In this document: positions 51,360 through 62,843 of the stretch, piece after piece | Numbering within the stretch: position 1 is the stretch's first letter | How the letters are laid out: every line of letters starts with the position of its first letter | NCBI RefSeq assembly: GCF_006345805.1 | Contig: NC_042997.1 | Coordinates: 16,058,001-16,122,000 of the forward strand | Reading direction: 5' to 3' | Source of the DNA: Octopus sinensis | Lineage: Eukaryota | DNA: 64,000 nucleotides | Position numbers and translations under genes: made by a program | Notes under the pieces: generated by a model | The model's database searches: none | Told to the model about the DNA's origin: nothing | The model's input: only the letters and a program-made list of their open reading frames with translations

Positions 51360-51549
51360 AAGATGGCGACGGTTGAGGAGATGATGGTGGTGGTGGTGAT
51401 GGATGTGTAACAGTCGTAAAAGGAAGCAAAGAAAGAAAGGAAAAAACAAAAAAAAAAGAACGGCGAACTTATGTGCAGTGCCAAACATTAACAAAAAAAA
51501 AATGACAGTTTAAATAGCAAAAATTTTTATAAAGTAACTGACAACATGC

Positions 51550-51786
51550 ATACATACATTACAAACACACACGCACGCGCGCACACACACACACACATAT
51601 ATACATATATGTATGCATATGCATATGCGCATGAATACAAATTTATATATGCATATGTATAAGCATAAATATATATATATATACATGTATGTATGTATGT
51701 AGATATATATATAATAATATATATATATATATATATAATATATATCTATATATACATATATATATACATGTATGTATATATTGTAT

Positions 51787-51827
<41 letters not shown>

Positions 51828-52280
51828 TACATATATTTTATATATATATACATAAATTTATATATATATATATATATACATATTATATATATATATATAT
51901 ATACATATATTATATATATATAATACATATATTATATATATATATTATATATATATATTTATACATATATTATATATACAATATAGATATAATAATATAT
52001 ATATATATTATATATATATATATATATATACATATATTTATATATATATATATAAATATATTATATATAATATATAGATATATATATTTATACATATATT
52101 ATATATACATATATATATATAATATATATATATTATATTATATTATATAGATATATACTATATATATATATATATATATACATATATTATATATATATAT
52201 ATATATATACATATATTATATATACATATATTATAATAATATATATATATTATATATTATATATATATATATTTATATAC
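51550..52280. repeat. Long degenerate (TA)n tract
   Basis: Direct reading. Confidence 0.95.
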
Positions 52281-52846
52281 AGCCGTCATCGTCGTCGTCG
52301 TTGTATGCTTATATAAATTTGGAAAATTGAAAAATTATAACAAAATTGAAGCATCATAATCAACAACAACAACAACAACGGCAACAATAACTGCAATAAT
52401 GACCACCACAGCGGCGACAACACCACCTACGCAATTAGAACATTCATAGTATGTAAAATAAAAACAAAAAAAAAAACAAAAAACAAAAAAAAAACAAAAC
52501 AGAAACAACAACCTAAAAAGAACACTATCAAGCAAATGATGAGCTGGGTCTCGATAATTAACAAACATAATGGGATTTGGAAGAATGGAAAAACACACAA
52601 GTATTATATCAATAAATAAATAAATATATAAATAAATAAATTTTTTGGAAAATCCTGGGATTTTGATGAAGCTGTCTGCTAAGAAACTTTTAAAATAAAT
52701 GAGGCTCTTTAAAAATATGACGTTACGAAATTTCTAATTATTGTTTAGTTGTCATGTTTTGTTGTGTGTTTTATTGCTTATCTTTTCTTGGTTTATATAT
52801 ATATATTTTTTTCTATGATTTCTGCTTTCATAATTAGAGTGTGAAG

Positions 52847-52878
<32 letters not shown>

Positions 52879-53049
52879 ATGAGCGCGTGTTTGTATGTGT
52901 ATGTGTTTATGTGTATGTGTTTGTGTGTGTGTTTGTTTGTTGTGTGTGTGTGTTTGTTTGTTTGTGTGTGTGTGTGTGTGTGTAAGACAGAGTGTATGTT
53001 ATAAACTACTTTTGCCTTCCTCTAAAGCAAGAAAAATCTGCATGTCAAG

Positions 53050-53051
53050 TG

Positions 53052-53083
<32 letters not shown>

Positions 53084-53084
53084 A

Positions 53085-53116
<32 letters not shown>

Positions 53117-53160
53117 AATAATAATAGTAGTAGTAGTAGTAGGTAGTAGTAGTAATGATG

Positions 53161-53200
<40 letters not shown>

Positions 53201-53262
53201 TGATGATGATGATGATGATGATAGTAGTAGTAGTAGTAGGTAGTAGTAGTAATGATAATAAT

Positions 53263-53343
<81 letters not shown>
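53050..53343. repeat. (AAT)n/(GAT)n/(AGT)n/(AAC)n compound microsatellite
   Basis: Direct reading. Confidence 0.95.
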
Positions 53344-53344
<1 letters not shown>

Positions 53345-55190
53345 TATCAAATTCTGTTAGATCAATGAAGAACCGTAATACAGAGTTACCTTCATGTGGA
53401 AAATTTCTGGCGAGGGTTAACATCAAGGGAGGCATATTACAAAGAAATAGCCTATTACCATTGCTTTTTGTGATTTGTATGATAGTCCTCACACAAATAC
53501 TAACGGGAAGTGGCATCAGGGTAAACCTTGAAAAGTGGAGGAAAATTATATCATCTGTTATATATATGAATGACTTCAAGATCTTTAGGAAGACCGAATG
53601 TGAAATAAATGGTCTACTTTCATCTATGCAGATATCTAATAAGGCTATCAGAATGGAATTTGGGACTAAAAAGTGTGGTATTCTTATAATGTAGAGGCGC
53701 AATGGCTCAGTGGTTAGGGCAGCGGACTCGCGGTCGTAGGATCGCGGTTTCGATTCCCAGACCGGGCGTTGTGAGTGTTTATTGAGCGAAAACACCTAAA
53801 GCTCCACGAGGCTCCGGCAGGGGATGGTGGTGATCCCTGCTATACTCTTTCACCACAACTTTCTCTCACTCTTACTTCCTGTTTCTGTTGTACCTGTATT
53901 TCAAAGGTCCGGCCTTGTCACTCTGAATATCCCCGAGAACTACGTTAAGAGTACACGTGTCTGTGGAGTGCTCAGCCACTTACACGTTAATTTCACGAGG
54001 AGGCTGTTCCATTGATTCGGATCAACCGGAACCCTCGTCGTCGTAACCGACGGAGTGCTTCCATTTCCATTCTTATAATACAAAAAGGCAAAGTAGCGTC
54101 GTCTGATGGTGTAGAACTACCCAGCGGTGAGAAAATCAAGGGTATTCAGACTGATGGATATATGTATCTGGGTATTTTGGAATATGACAAAATCAAGGAA
54201 AGTGAAATGAAGTAAAGGTTTAGGCGAGAATTTAGGCCTAAAGGTTTAGGCGAGAAGAGCCAAATTAATTATAGGAAGTAGTCACTTTTTCTTCTATATC
54301 CTCGGACCGACCAAAGCTTTGTGAGTGGATTTCGCAGAGAAATCAAAGGAATTACAAGACCAACACTTGGAGATGGCTAAGAAAAAGTGATCTGAAGGAT
54401 GCACTGAGGAATTGATATGCAGCTGAGAACTAATCACTCCAAGTTCTAAATAGATCAGAGCAGTGAATCGGCCTTTTGTGGGATGTGTGGCAGCAAAAAC
54501 GAAACAACCTCACATATTGTGAGCGAGTGTAGCAAGCTGGCCCCAAATTACTACAAATGGAGGCACGATAACGTGGCTACGTTTGTTCACTGGAGACTAT
54601 GTGAAAAGTACAGCCTGGGCAGAGCATGGAAACAGTGCAAATATGAATCAAAAGGAGTCAATGAGAACAATGAATATAAGATATTATGTGATTTTACTAT
54701 TCAATGTGATTCCTTAATCGATGTTCGGAGACCAGACATTGTTGTGGCAGATAAAGTAAAAAAGGAAACCAAGATTATAGATATTGCAATACCTGGAGAT
54801 GTATGCATAAGTGACAAAGAACTAGAAAGGGTGGAAAAGTCCGGACTACTAAAAAACGAAATTGTAAGAATGTGGACTATGAGGAGAGTGTCTGTCATCC
54901 CAGTAGTTCTAGGGGCACTCGAAACAATAACAACCAAGTTCGAGAAATATGTCAAAGAAATCGGAATTGTCATGAGAGGAGAGCAAGCCCCCAAAACTGC
55001 TTTGCTGAGGACAGCTAGGATTTTGAGAGTGATACTTGAGTGCTGAATGTCTTCCACGATAATCAACAACCAATTATCATAGCTTATAATATGCGGAAAG
55101 AGACCCTGTGAGACTTCTGACAACGGGCTGCTGTTCACTCCCACAGAATCAATCAGAGCAAATAAGACCAAGCACTCTGAGAAATAAAAC
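53344..55190 (+). mobile_element. Decayed R4/Dong-like LINE (RT remnant, CCHC zinc knuckle, restriction-like endonuclease) split by a SINE C
   Basis: VNIKGGILQRNSLLPLLFVICM, IYMNDFKIF..MEFGTKKCG, YMYLGILE, CGSKNETTSHIVSECSKLA..YKWRHDNVA..RRPDIVV..IIDIAIPGD..TARILR. Confidence 0.88.
53691..54068 (+). mobile_element. SINE family C
   Basis: 11-bp TSD attcttataat at 53680-53690 and 54069-54079. Confidence 0.92.
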
Positions 55191-55204
55191 AATAATGATA
55201 ATAA

Positions 55205-55415
55205 TCCATTCCACTAAAGGCACAAGACCTAAAATTTTGGAGTAGGAAACTAGTCGATTTCATCGACCCCAGTATTTCACTGGTACTTAATTTATTGACC
55301 CCGAATGGATAAAAAGCAAAGTTGACCTCGGCGGAATTTGAACTCAGAACGTAGAGACGAACAAATTGCCGGTAAGCGTTTTGCCCGGATCACCGCCTTA
55401 TTATTCTGCCAGCTC
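55205..55415 (-). mobile_element. Older SINE family B subfamily (B2)
   Basis: Shares the B-box/gtcgac core; tail resembles 8090-8197. Confidence 0.7.
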
Positions 55416-55830
55416 AGACATCGGAAACCGGACATTGTTGTGGTGAATAAAAAAGGAAGAACATATATGATAATCAACGTAGCATGTTCAGGTGACAACA
55501 GGATCAATGTGAAAGAAGAAAAAATAAACAGTTATGACGGTTTGAAGTGAGAAATACCAAGGTTGTGGTCAATGAAGAGAGTAGACGTGATATCAATAGT
55601 AATTGGTGCTCTTGGAAGAATCAACACTCAACTACCAACATGGCTGAAAAAGATTGGTGCAAGTGTGAAGGTAGAACACCTATAAAAATCAGCATTGCTT
55701 GGAACTGCAAGAATTTTTCGCAGGATTCTTAAAGCATGACTAGTAAATAAGAGTCACCTTAGCCTTCTGGCTGTGGACAGCTGACACTTTCCATCATACC
55801 CAGCAAAATAAGCTGTGAGTTTTCATATAA
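55416..55830 (+). mobile_element. R4/Dong-like LINE 3' fragment
   Basis: HRKPDIVVVNKK..IINVACSGD..KSALLGTARIFRRIL; followed by (TAA)n. Confidence 0.82.
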
Positions 55831-56194
55831 TAATAATAACGATAATACATACATGTGAAATAATTCGTCTTTAGCTATGAAACTCGAAGTAGATAATGTT
55901 ATAAACAATAGTATGTAAATACTGGGTTAGACACCCTTTAAGATAGGAAAAGTCGAAGGCTGCCTGTGGGTCCAGAACATTCATCTTCTATCAACATGAC
56001 AGATAAATAGATAGACAGACAGACAGACAGAAAGATGGATGGATAATCCGTTGAATAAACTATTCAATGCATATATATATATATATATGCAGGTGAATGC
56101 TTATGTGTGCGCATGTTTGCCTATGTAAATAATAAGTAAATATAAATAGGTTAGCATTGTAGAAAGAAACAAATAAAGAATAGAAAAAGAAAGA

Positions 56195-56249
<55 letters not shown>

Positions 56250-56789
56250 AAGAGAAGGAGAAAAAGAGAGAGAGATGTAGGAAAAGAGATTCTGGAATCA
56301 TTAAACTTTGTGTTGATAAAAATCTTCAAATTTATGATAAAGAGTTAGGATGGAAATATATGATCTCTTGCCAAGAAACCGATTCTACCATTTCTTTTTC
56401 TTTTTCTTCTTTTCTTTTTTTTTTTGTTTTGGCAAGCATCACCATGGCTGCTTCTTCCAGACAGTAATTTTAATTTTTGCTTAACGTTGGACATTGTAGG
56501 CAGAAGACCAATAACACACTAATTCTTCATCCAACAAATCTATTTAATTTCCAACTCCAGACAGTCTAACCACATATACATATTGCATTTAACAGCAGAT
56601 GTTTTCTGTAAATAATATTAACTAAGGTGAACATCATAATAGTTAAATCTGTCTTCTACCTTTTGCCTGTGGCCATGCTGGAGTACCGGGTTGAAGTGTT
56701 TACTCGAAGAAATCAACCCCAGTGCTTACTTTTAAAGTCTTGTCTCTATTCTGTCGGTGACTTTTGCCAAACTGCTAATTACATGGGCG

Positions 56790-57175
56790 TAATCAAACCA
56801 ACACCAGTTCTCAAACAATGGACTAACACAACCCCGAAAGACACACACTTACACACACGAATATGATGAGCTACTACACAGTTTCCGTTCCTGGTTCAAA
56901 CCCACTGCGCAGCGCCTTAGAAAGTGAATTCTATAATAACCTCAAATGTCGACAGAAGCCTTATGACCGAAAAATTATCAGCGTAAACAAACCAACACCA
57001 GTTCTCAAACAATGGACTAACACAACCCCAAAGACACACACATACACACATGAATATGATGAGCGACTACACAGTTTCCGTTCCTGGTTCAAACCCACTG
57101 CGCAGCGCCTTAGAAAGTGAATTCTATAATAACCTCAAATGTCGACAGAAGCCTTATGACCGAAAAATTATCAGA
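56790..57175. repeat. Tandem duplication (~190 bp) of a degenerate SINE A-like segment
   Basis: caaaccaacaccagttctcaaac...gaaaaattatcag occurs twice. Confidence 0.8.
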
Positions 57176-57179
57176 AACG

Positions 57180-57675
57180 GTAAACTGTAGGAGCTCGTCA
57201 TCTGGGATATAGCTGATGATTCGTAGTTTCTGCATCTTTTTGCCTCCGTCAGTTTCATAGACCTTACCTTTGATTAGTGCGTATGAATGAATATTCTGAT
57301 GGAGAAAGGACAAGGAGTATGGTATATTGTGGGCTCTGGGAGTTCACGCTGGCATCGTGAATTCAAACATGGTCGGAACTCTGTGGAAACAGCTCCCAGA
57401 TCTGGTCGCCCCCTTCTGCCATTGATGAAGCATCTGTCCGTCATGTTGTGGCTGCCATTTTGGAAGATCGACGCATAACTATTCGCCAAATAGCCCATGA
57501 GGTCAAGATTAGTACCGGGTCTGTGGAAACTATCATTCATGACCATTTGCATATGCAAAAGGTGTCTGCCAGATGGATTCCCAGGTTGCTCACATCTTTC
57601 CAGAAGCAAGAACGTGTCGATTGCTCGAGGATGAATTTGGAGATGTGCCAAGAAGATGAGTCAACATTTTTCAAT
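57180..57675 (+). mobile_element. Mariner transposase fragment
   Basis: WHREFKHGRNSVETAPRSGRP / LEDRRITIRQIA..ISTGSVETIIHDHLHMQKVSARWIPRLLT (WVPRLL-type motif). Confidence 0.85.
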
Positions 57676-57724
57676 ATATTAGCGCTTTCATCTCCAGACC
57701 TTCTAATCATCTCCAAACCTTCTA

Positions 57725-57734
<10 letters not shown>

Positions 57735-57756
<22 letters not shown>

Positions 57757-57946
57757 ATACGTTTGTGTACCTGAGTTTGTCCCCACAACATCGCTTGACA
57801 ACCGATGCTCGTGTGTTTACGTCCCCGTAACATAGCGGTTCGGCAAAAGATACCGAAAGAATAAGTCCTGGGGTCGATTTGCTCGACTAAAGGCGGTGCT
57901 CTAGTATGGCCATAGTCAAATGGCCGAAACAAGTAAAAGAGTAAAA

Positions 57947-57994
<48 letters not shown>

Positions 57995-58061
57995 TGGTAT
58001 ATACTCTTTACTCTTTACTCTTTTACTTGTTTCAGTCATTTGACTGCGGCCATGCTGGAGC
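57735..58061. mobile_element. Two SINE A 3' fragments arranged tail-to-tail around (TA)n
   Basis: Plus-strand tail ends at about 57950; minus-strand tail at 58010-58061. Confidence 0.75.
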
Positions 58062-58109
58062 AAATAAACGTAGAACACAACGAGAAACGAAAACATAAAA
58101 ACAAACAAG

Positions 58110-58410
58110 GAAACGGACTTTTTTAAAACGAAAAAACAGAGTACAAGACAAATACAAGGAATATTCTCCTCATCAGCTGCCCCTGGTTCGACTCAATGCG
58201 GTTTCGAAGGTAAGGGCAGAACACGATCCGGCCGAAGCAATCCTTCCTGCAAAATGAATTAATAAATTCTTTTGCAGAGGGGTAAGAAAAAAGGAAAGAA
58301 AAAAGTGACAAGAACAGGACGTAAAAGCAATAAATAAAAATACAGTATACATAAAGAATAAAACAGGACAAGGAACACAACATTGCGCCTTTTAAGCTAG
58401 ACGTGGTTTT
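58110..58410 (-). mobile_element. Family T structured repeat (PLE-like end), copy 1
   Basis: Homologous to 61060-61360; contains GAAAC..GUC and CUGAUGA segments and several hairpins. Confidence 0.65.
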
Positions 58411-58609
58411 TTTTTTTTCTTTCGGTTGCCTGCACAGTCTTTTTCCCTGGGGCCTTTGGAAACAACTTCGGTGGAAAAATCGTGAGCGAAAATTCAGAAA
58501 ATAGACTTGCAATATATATATATATTGCACAGCCACTCCTACACACCCACTCACTCACACAGACAAAACAATACAGAGAGAGAGAGAGAAGACAGAGAGA
58601 GAGAAGAGT

Positions 58610-58666
<57 letters not shown>

Positions 58667-58783
58667 ATCAAATGAAAAATAATTCCTTCCAATTCCTTTG
58701 AATGACCATCCTTTAAAAAGCCACTTAACCAATAACCATATTCTCTCAATAGAAAAAAGTCAATATATTCCAGAGAGAGATAG

Positions 58784-58815
<32 letters not shown>

Positions 58816-59289
58816 ACACACACACGCACACACATACACACACACACAGATTACCGTATCCTGAATAGAAATTACCTTATTCAATTCAAAAGACGTCTTT
58901 TCAATACAATTCTTGGAGCTTGAACTCTTGAACCTTACCCTAAACCTATGTAGGCAAAACATATTTAACGAGTGACTCTAAAGTAAAATCTTCCAATGCA
59001 CAGAAACATGGGTACAAAGTGTTAAACCCTATTTTCTTTTCCTTGTTTTTTCTCTCTGACTTCTCTAAAAATTCTTTTTAATATTTAAGATACATCGAAA
59101 CTGCTTATATTTTAAATCACTCTCTGTAACAAAAATATTAAACATTCTCTAAAATATACTTTTGTGCCTTTTCCAATTTTCTTTTCTTTTTTAACTTATA
59201 TATGTGTGCGTGGTGTATGTATGTATTCACCCCACACGTATATGCATATATTTATATATATATATATATATATATAGATTATATATATA

Positions 59290-59522
59290 TATATAGATAT
59301 ATCCGCCTTTACCATGTGCAACTCGTAAACACAGTCGTCTTTTTTCTCTTTCCCTGTTGCCCGCTCTGGATCTTTCTTTCCTCTCTCTTCCTTCTTTATG
59401 TTTCCGACGAAGAGCTCCGCTCGAAACGTCATACCTCCCTGCTTCCTTTTCCTGAGCGCCTATTAATAATAATACTGTAATTGTTCCATTGTTGTGTTTT
59501 TGTTTCCCGTTTGGATTAAAAT

Positions 59523-59525
<3 letters not shown>
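59290..59525 (+). mobile_element. Family H2 PLE end with HHR-like motif (59400-59434)
   Basis: GUUU-CCGACGA-A-GAGC(UCC)GCUC-GAAAC-GUC-AUAC; ends in (TA)n. Confidence 0.7.
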
Positions 59526-59554
<29 letters not shown>

Positions 59555-59559
<5 letters not shown>

Positions 59560-59915
59560 TAGATGTGTTTCGACCAAAGATTGGTCCAGGCCATGTCTAA
59601 CTTAATAGCACCACCTGATAGGATTATCTAAATCCTGTTTAAGTCAAGTTTTGTTTATGGTCCATTCAAGTAGTGAGTTTTTGTTGGGTGAGTTGTATCC
59701 AATTATGGGTGGCTTATCTGGTATTCCTTGAAGGAATCTATCCAGACTCCGTTTAAAGTTGATGGGATCCTTTTCCTCTTTGATCTCTTTCGGGACAATG
59801 TTAAATAGGGCAGGGCCTGTTGAGGAAAAGAATTATGTTGCAGTGTACATATATGCTGTGATCTTGAATTGGGCAGGGGACGTATGGCCCCGTGGTCCCG
59901 TCTTCGATGAACCTA
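59555..59915 (-). mobile_element. CR1-group LINE 3' fragment
   Basis: HNSFSSTGPALFNIVPKEIKEEKDPINFKRSLDRFLQGIPDKPPIIGYNSPNKNSLLEW. Confidence 0.75.
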
Positions 59916-59922
59916 AATACTA

Positions 59923-59973
<51 letters not shown>

Positions 59974-59975
59974 TT

Positions 59976-60054
<79 letters not shown>

Positions 60055-61059
60055 ATATATAATATATATATATAGTTATAATTATATAGATATATATATA
60101 TTAAATATATATATAATATATATAGATAAAATAACGATTAAGGAAATATTCCTTCAAAGGGGGGTGCAAAAAGCATCCAATTCACGGGTGCGTCAGTTGA
60201 ATACCATATAGATATGAGTATAATGCAAATTACAAAGATAAAATTAAATAGTGATATACTATTGACAATCCAAATATTATTTATTTATTTATAATATAAC
60301 ATAATATATGATAACATAAACAATCATAAAAACATTCAAATGCCAACAATTTATTTCGACTTGTATACATTTTTTGATATATAAACAATTCCTTTATATA
60401 TAAGTCTCATCAGAGCCAGAGTTTAAAGACAGACGAAATTGCGTGTGAAAGGACGGCTGCATTGTAAAAAATGAATTCAAATGCCTATGTATTATGAGCG
60501 TGAGCATTAACTATTCAATTATAATTTTTTTTTAAATCATCAAAAAATATTAACGGACAAAAATAATTAAGTAAGTGTAATCTACAACTGTCGAAATATA
60601 TTTCTATACATCTCCAAAAATATTAATCCAAACTCGTTTGTGTTTAAGAGATTCTTTGCTGTTATAACATACAACAATGATATATATGTGTATATAATTA
60701 AGTATCAGGGTCTTGCTTTATCTAGAATTAAAAATGCATACTTTTTATTGTCATTTAATTTAAGAATAATAATATTAATTATTTTATCGTGAACAATCCT
60801 TAATACTTGTTTTGTTATGTTACTTAATTTTTACTTATTTACAGAGTTCTCCCTTCCATGATATACGAATAATAATCCTTATTTAAGTAACTCCAAATCC
60901 GGCTACTTCTAAAAGAACTAATAATATGTTGATATCCATTATTATAGCCTAGCTCTATATCTATGGGGTGTTTAGTTTATAGTGTTTACAGCCATAAGTT
61001 TATCTTAATATTTATTACGGAATTCTCCCTACGATAAATTAAGTAAACAAAGAAACTTC

Positions 61060-61360
61060 TTTTTTTTAACAACGAAAAAACAGAGTACAAGACAAATACA
61101 AGGAATATTCCCCTTCATCAGCTGCCCCTGGTTCGACTCAATGCGTGTTTCGAAGGTAAGGGCAGAACACGATCCGGCCGAAGCAGTCCTTCCTGCAAAA
61201 TGAATTAAATAAAATTCTTTTGCAGAGGGGTAAAAAAAAAAGGAAAGAAAAAAAGTGACAAGAACAGGACGTAAAAGCAATACAAATAAAAAACACAGTA
61301 CACATAAAGAATAAAAACAGGACAAGGAAACCAACATTGAGGGCTTTTTTAAGCCTAGAC
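61060..61360 (-). mobile_element. Family T structured repeat, copy 2
   Basis: Homologous to 58110-58410. Confidence 0.65.
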
Positions 61361-61714
61361 GGTGGAAAAATTCGTAGGTAGATAGGTGTGTAGGTAGACA
61401 TTAATATAATGTCTTGTCAGTCTGAGTAGGTTGAAGGATTCCTCATTCACATCTTGGTGGCAGATCAGAAACTTTGTTGCCCTGTACCATTCATATTTAT
61501 TACGGAATTAGCCCTCCAATAAATAATATTTATAGAATATTCCTATTAGTTACTTTAAACAATTTTTTTAATATCTGTAGCTTTAAATAAATAGAAGAGT
61601 TATTATATATTAAAGTTATAATTATCATATATATATATTTTTACACATTTTATTAGAGTTCTAGATAAAGCAATACTTTGATACTTAGTTATATACACAT
61701 ATATATATCATTAT

Positions 61715-62012
61715 GTGGAGGCGCAACGGCCCAGTGGTTAGGGCAGCGGACTCGCGGTCGGAGGATCGCGGTTTCGATTCCCAGACCGGGCGTTGTGTGT
61801 GCTTATTGAGTGAAAACACCTAAAAGCTCCACGATGCTCCGGTAGGGGGTGGTGATCCCTGCTGTACTCTTTCACCACAACTTTCTCTCACTCTTTCTTC
61901 TGTTGGCCTGCTCGCTTAGCCAGCAGGGTGGCGTCGTTCGAAGGCTAAAACAATGCGAACGCATTGTGACCAGCGATGTGTAGCAACATCTGATGGCCTG
62001 GTCGGTCACGTG
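61715..62012 (+). mobile_element. SINE family C variant with a different 3' tail
   Basis: 12-bp TSD atatatcattat at 61703-61714 and 62013-62024; diverges from family C after ctcactct. Confidence 0.88.
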
Positions 62013-62109
62013 ATATATCATTATTGTATGTTATGATAGCGAAAGATTCTCTTAAATATAAACGAGTTTGGGTTAATATTTTTTGAGATATATAGAAATA
62101 TATTTCAAT

Positions 62110-62520
62110 AGGCGCAGGAGTGGCTGTGTGGTAAGTAGCTTGCTAACCAACCACATGGTTCCGGGTTCAGTCCCACTGCGTGGCATTTTGGGCAAGTGTC
62201 TTCTGCTATAGCCCCGGGCCGACCAATGCCTTGTGAGTGGATTTGGTAGACGGAAACTGAAAGAAGCCTGTCGTATGTATGTATATATATATATGTGTGT
62301 GTGTTTGTGTGTCTGTGTTTGTCCCCCTAGCATTACTTGACAACCGATGCTGGTGTGTTTACGACCCCGTCACTTAGCGGTTCGGCAAAAGAGACCGATA
62401 GAATAAGTACTAGGCTTACAAAGAATAAGTCCCGGGGTCGATTTGCTCGACTAATGGCGGTGCTCCAGCATGGCCGCAGTCAAATGACTGAAACAAGTAA
62501 AAGAGAGTAAAAGAGAGTAA
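62110..62520 (+). mobile_element. SINE family A, full length
   Basis: Homology to other copies; short aatag duplication. Confidence 0.92.
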
Positions 62521-62843
62521 TAGTTATAGCTTACACTTAATTATTTTGTCAGTTAAAATTTTGTTGTTGTTTTTTATTGTAATTGATATGTAATTGAATA
62601 GTTAACGCTTACGCTCATAATACATAGGCATTTGAATTCATTTTTTACAATGCAGCCGTCCTTTCACACGCAATTTCGTCTATCTTTAAACTCTGACTCT
62701 GATGAGACTTATATATAAAGGAATTGTTTATATAAAAAAAAAATGTATATAAGTCGAAACAAGCTGTTGGCATTTTAATGTTTTTATAATTGTTTATGTT
62801 ATCTTATATTATGTTATATTATAAATATTATGTTATATTATAA

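Larger units (their letters stand above)
60270..62840. repeat. Large inverted repeat (~480-bp arms) with an outward-facing HHR-like motif in each arm
   Basis: Left arm 60270-60745; right arm 61650-62840 once SINE C and SINE A are removed. HHR-like motifs at 60342-60417 (-) and 62695-62771 (+). Confidence 0.8.

Noticed and set aside
51145-51494. ORFs spanning the N run
   Set aside because: Artefacts of translating through an assembly gap.
54483-55046. 187-aa ORF as a host gene
   Set aside because: It is the zinc-knuckle and restriction-like endonuclease end of a decayed R4-type LINE.
58150-58215. Type-II hammerhead in family T
   Set aside because: A stem II could pair (GGAG/CUUC), but the linker GAACCAGGGGCAG cannot form stem I and stem III is only 2 bp.
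59560-59600. GACC..GGUC-GAAAC at the LINE end as a hammerhead
   Set aside because: No CUGANGA; better explained as a LINE 3' recognition hairpin.
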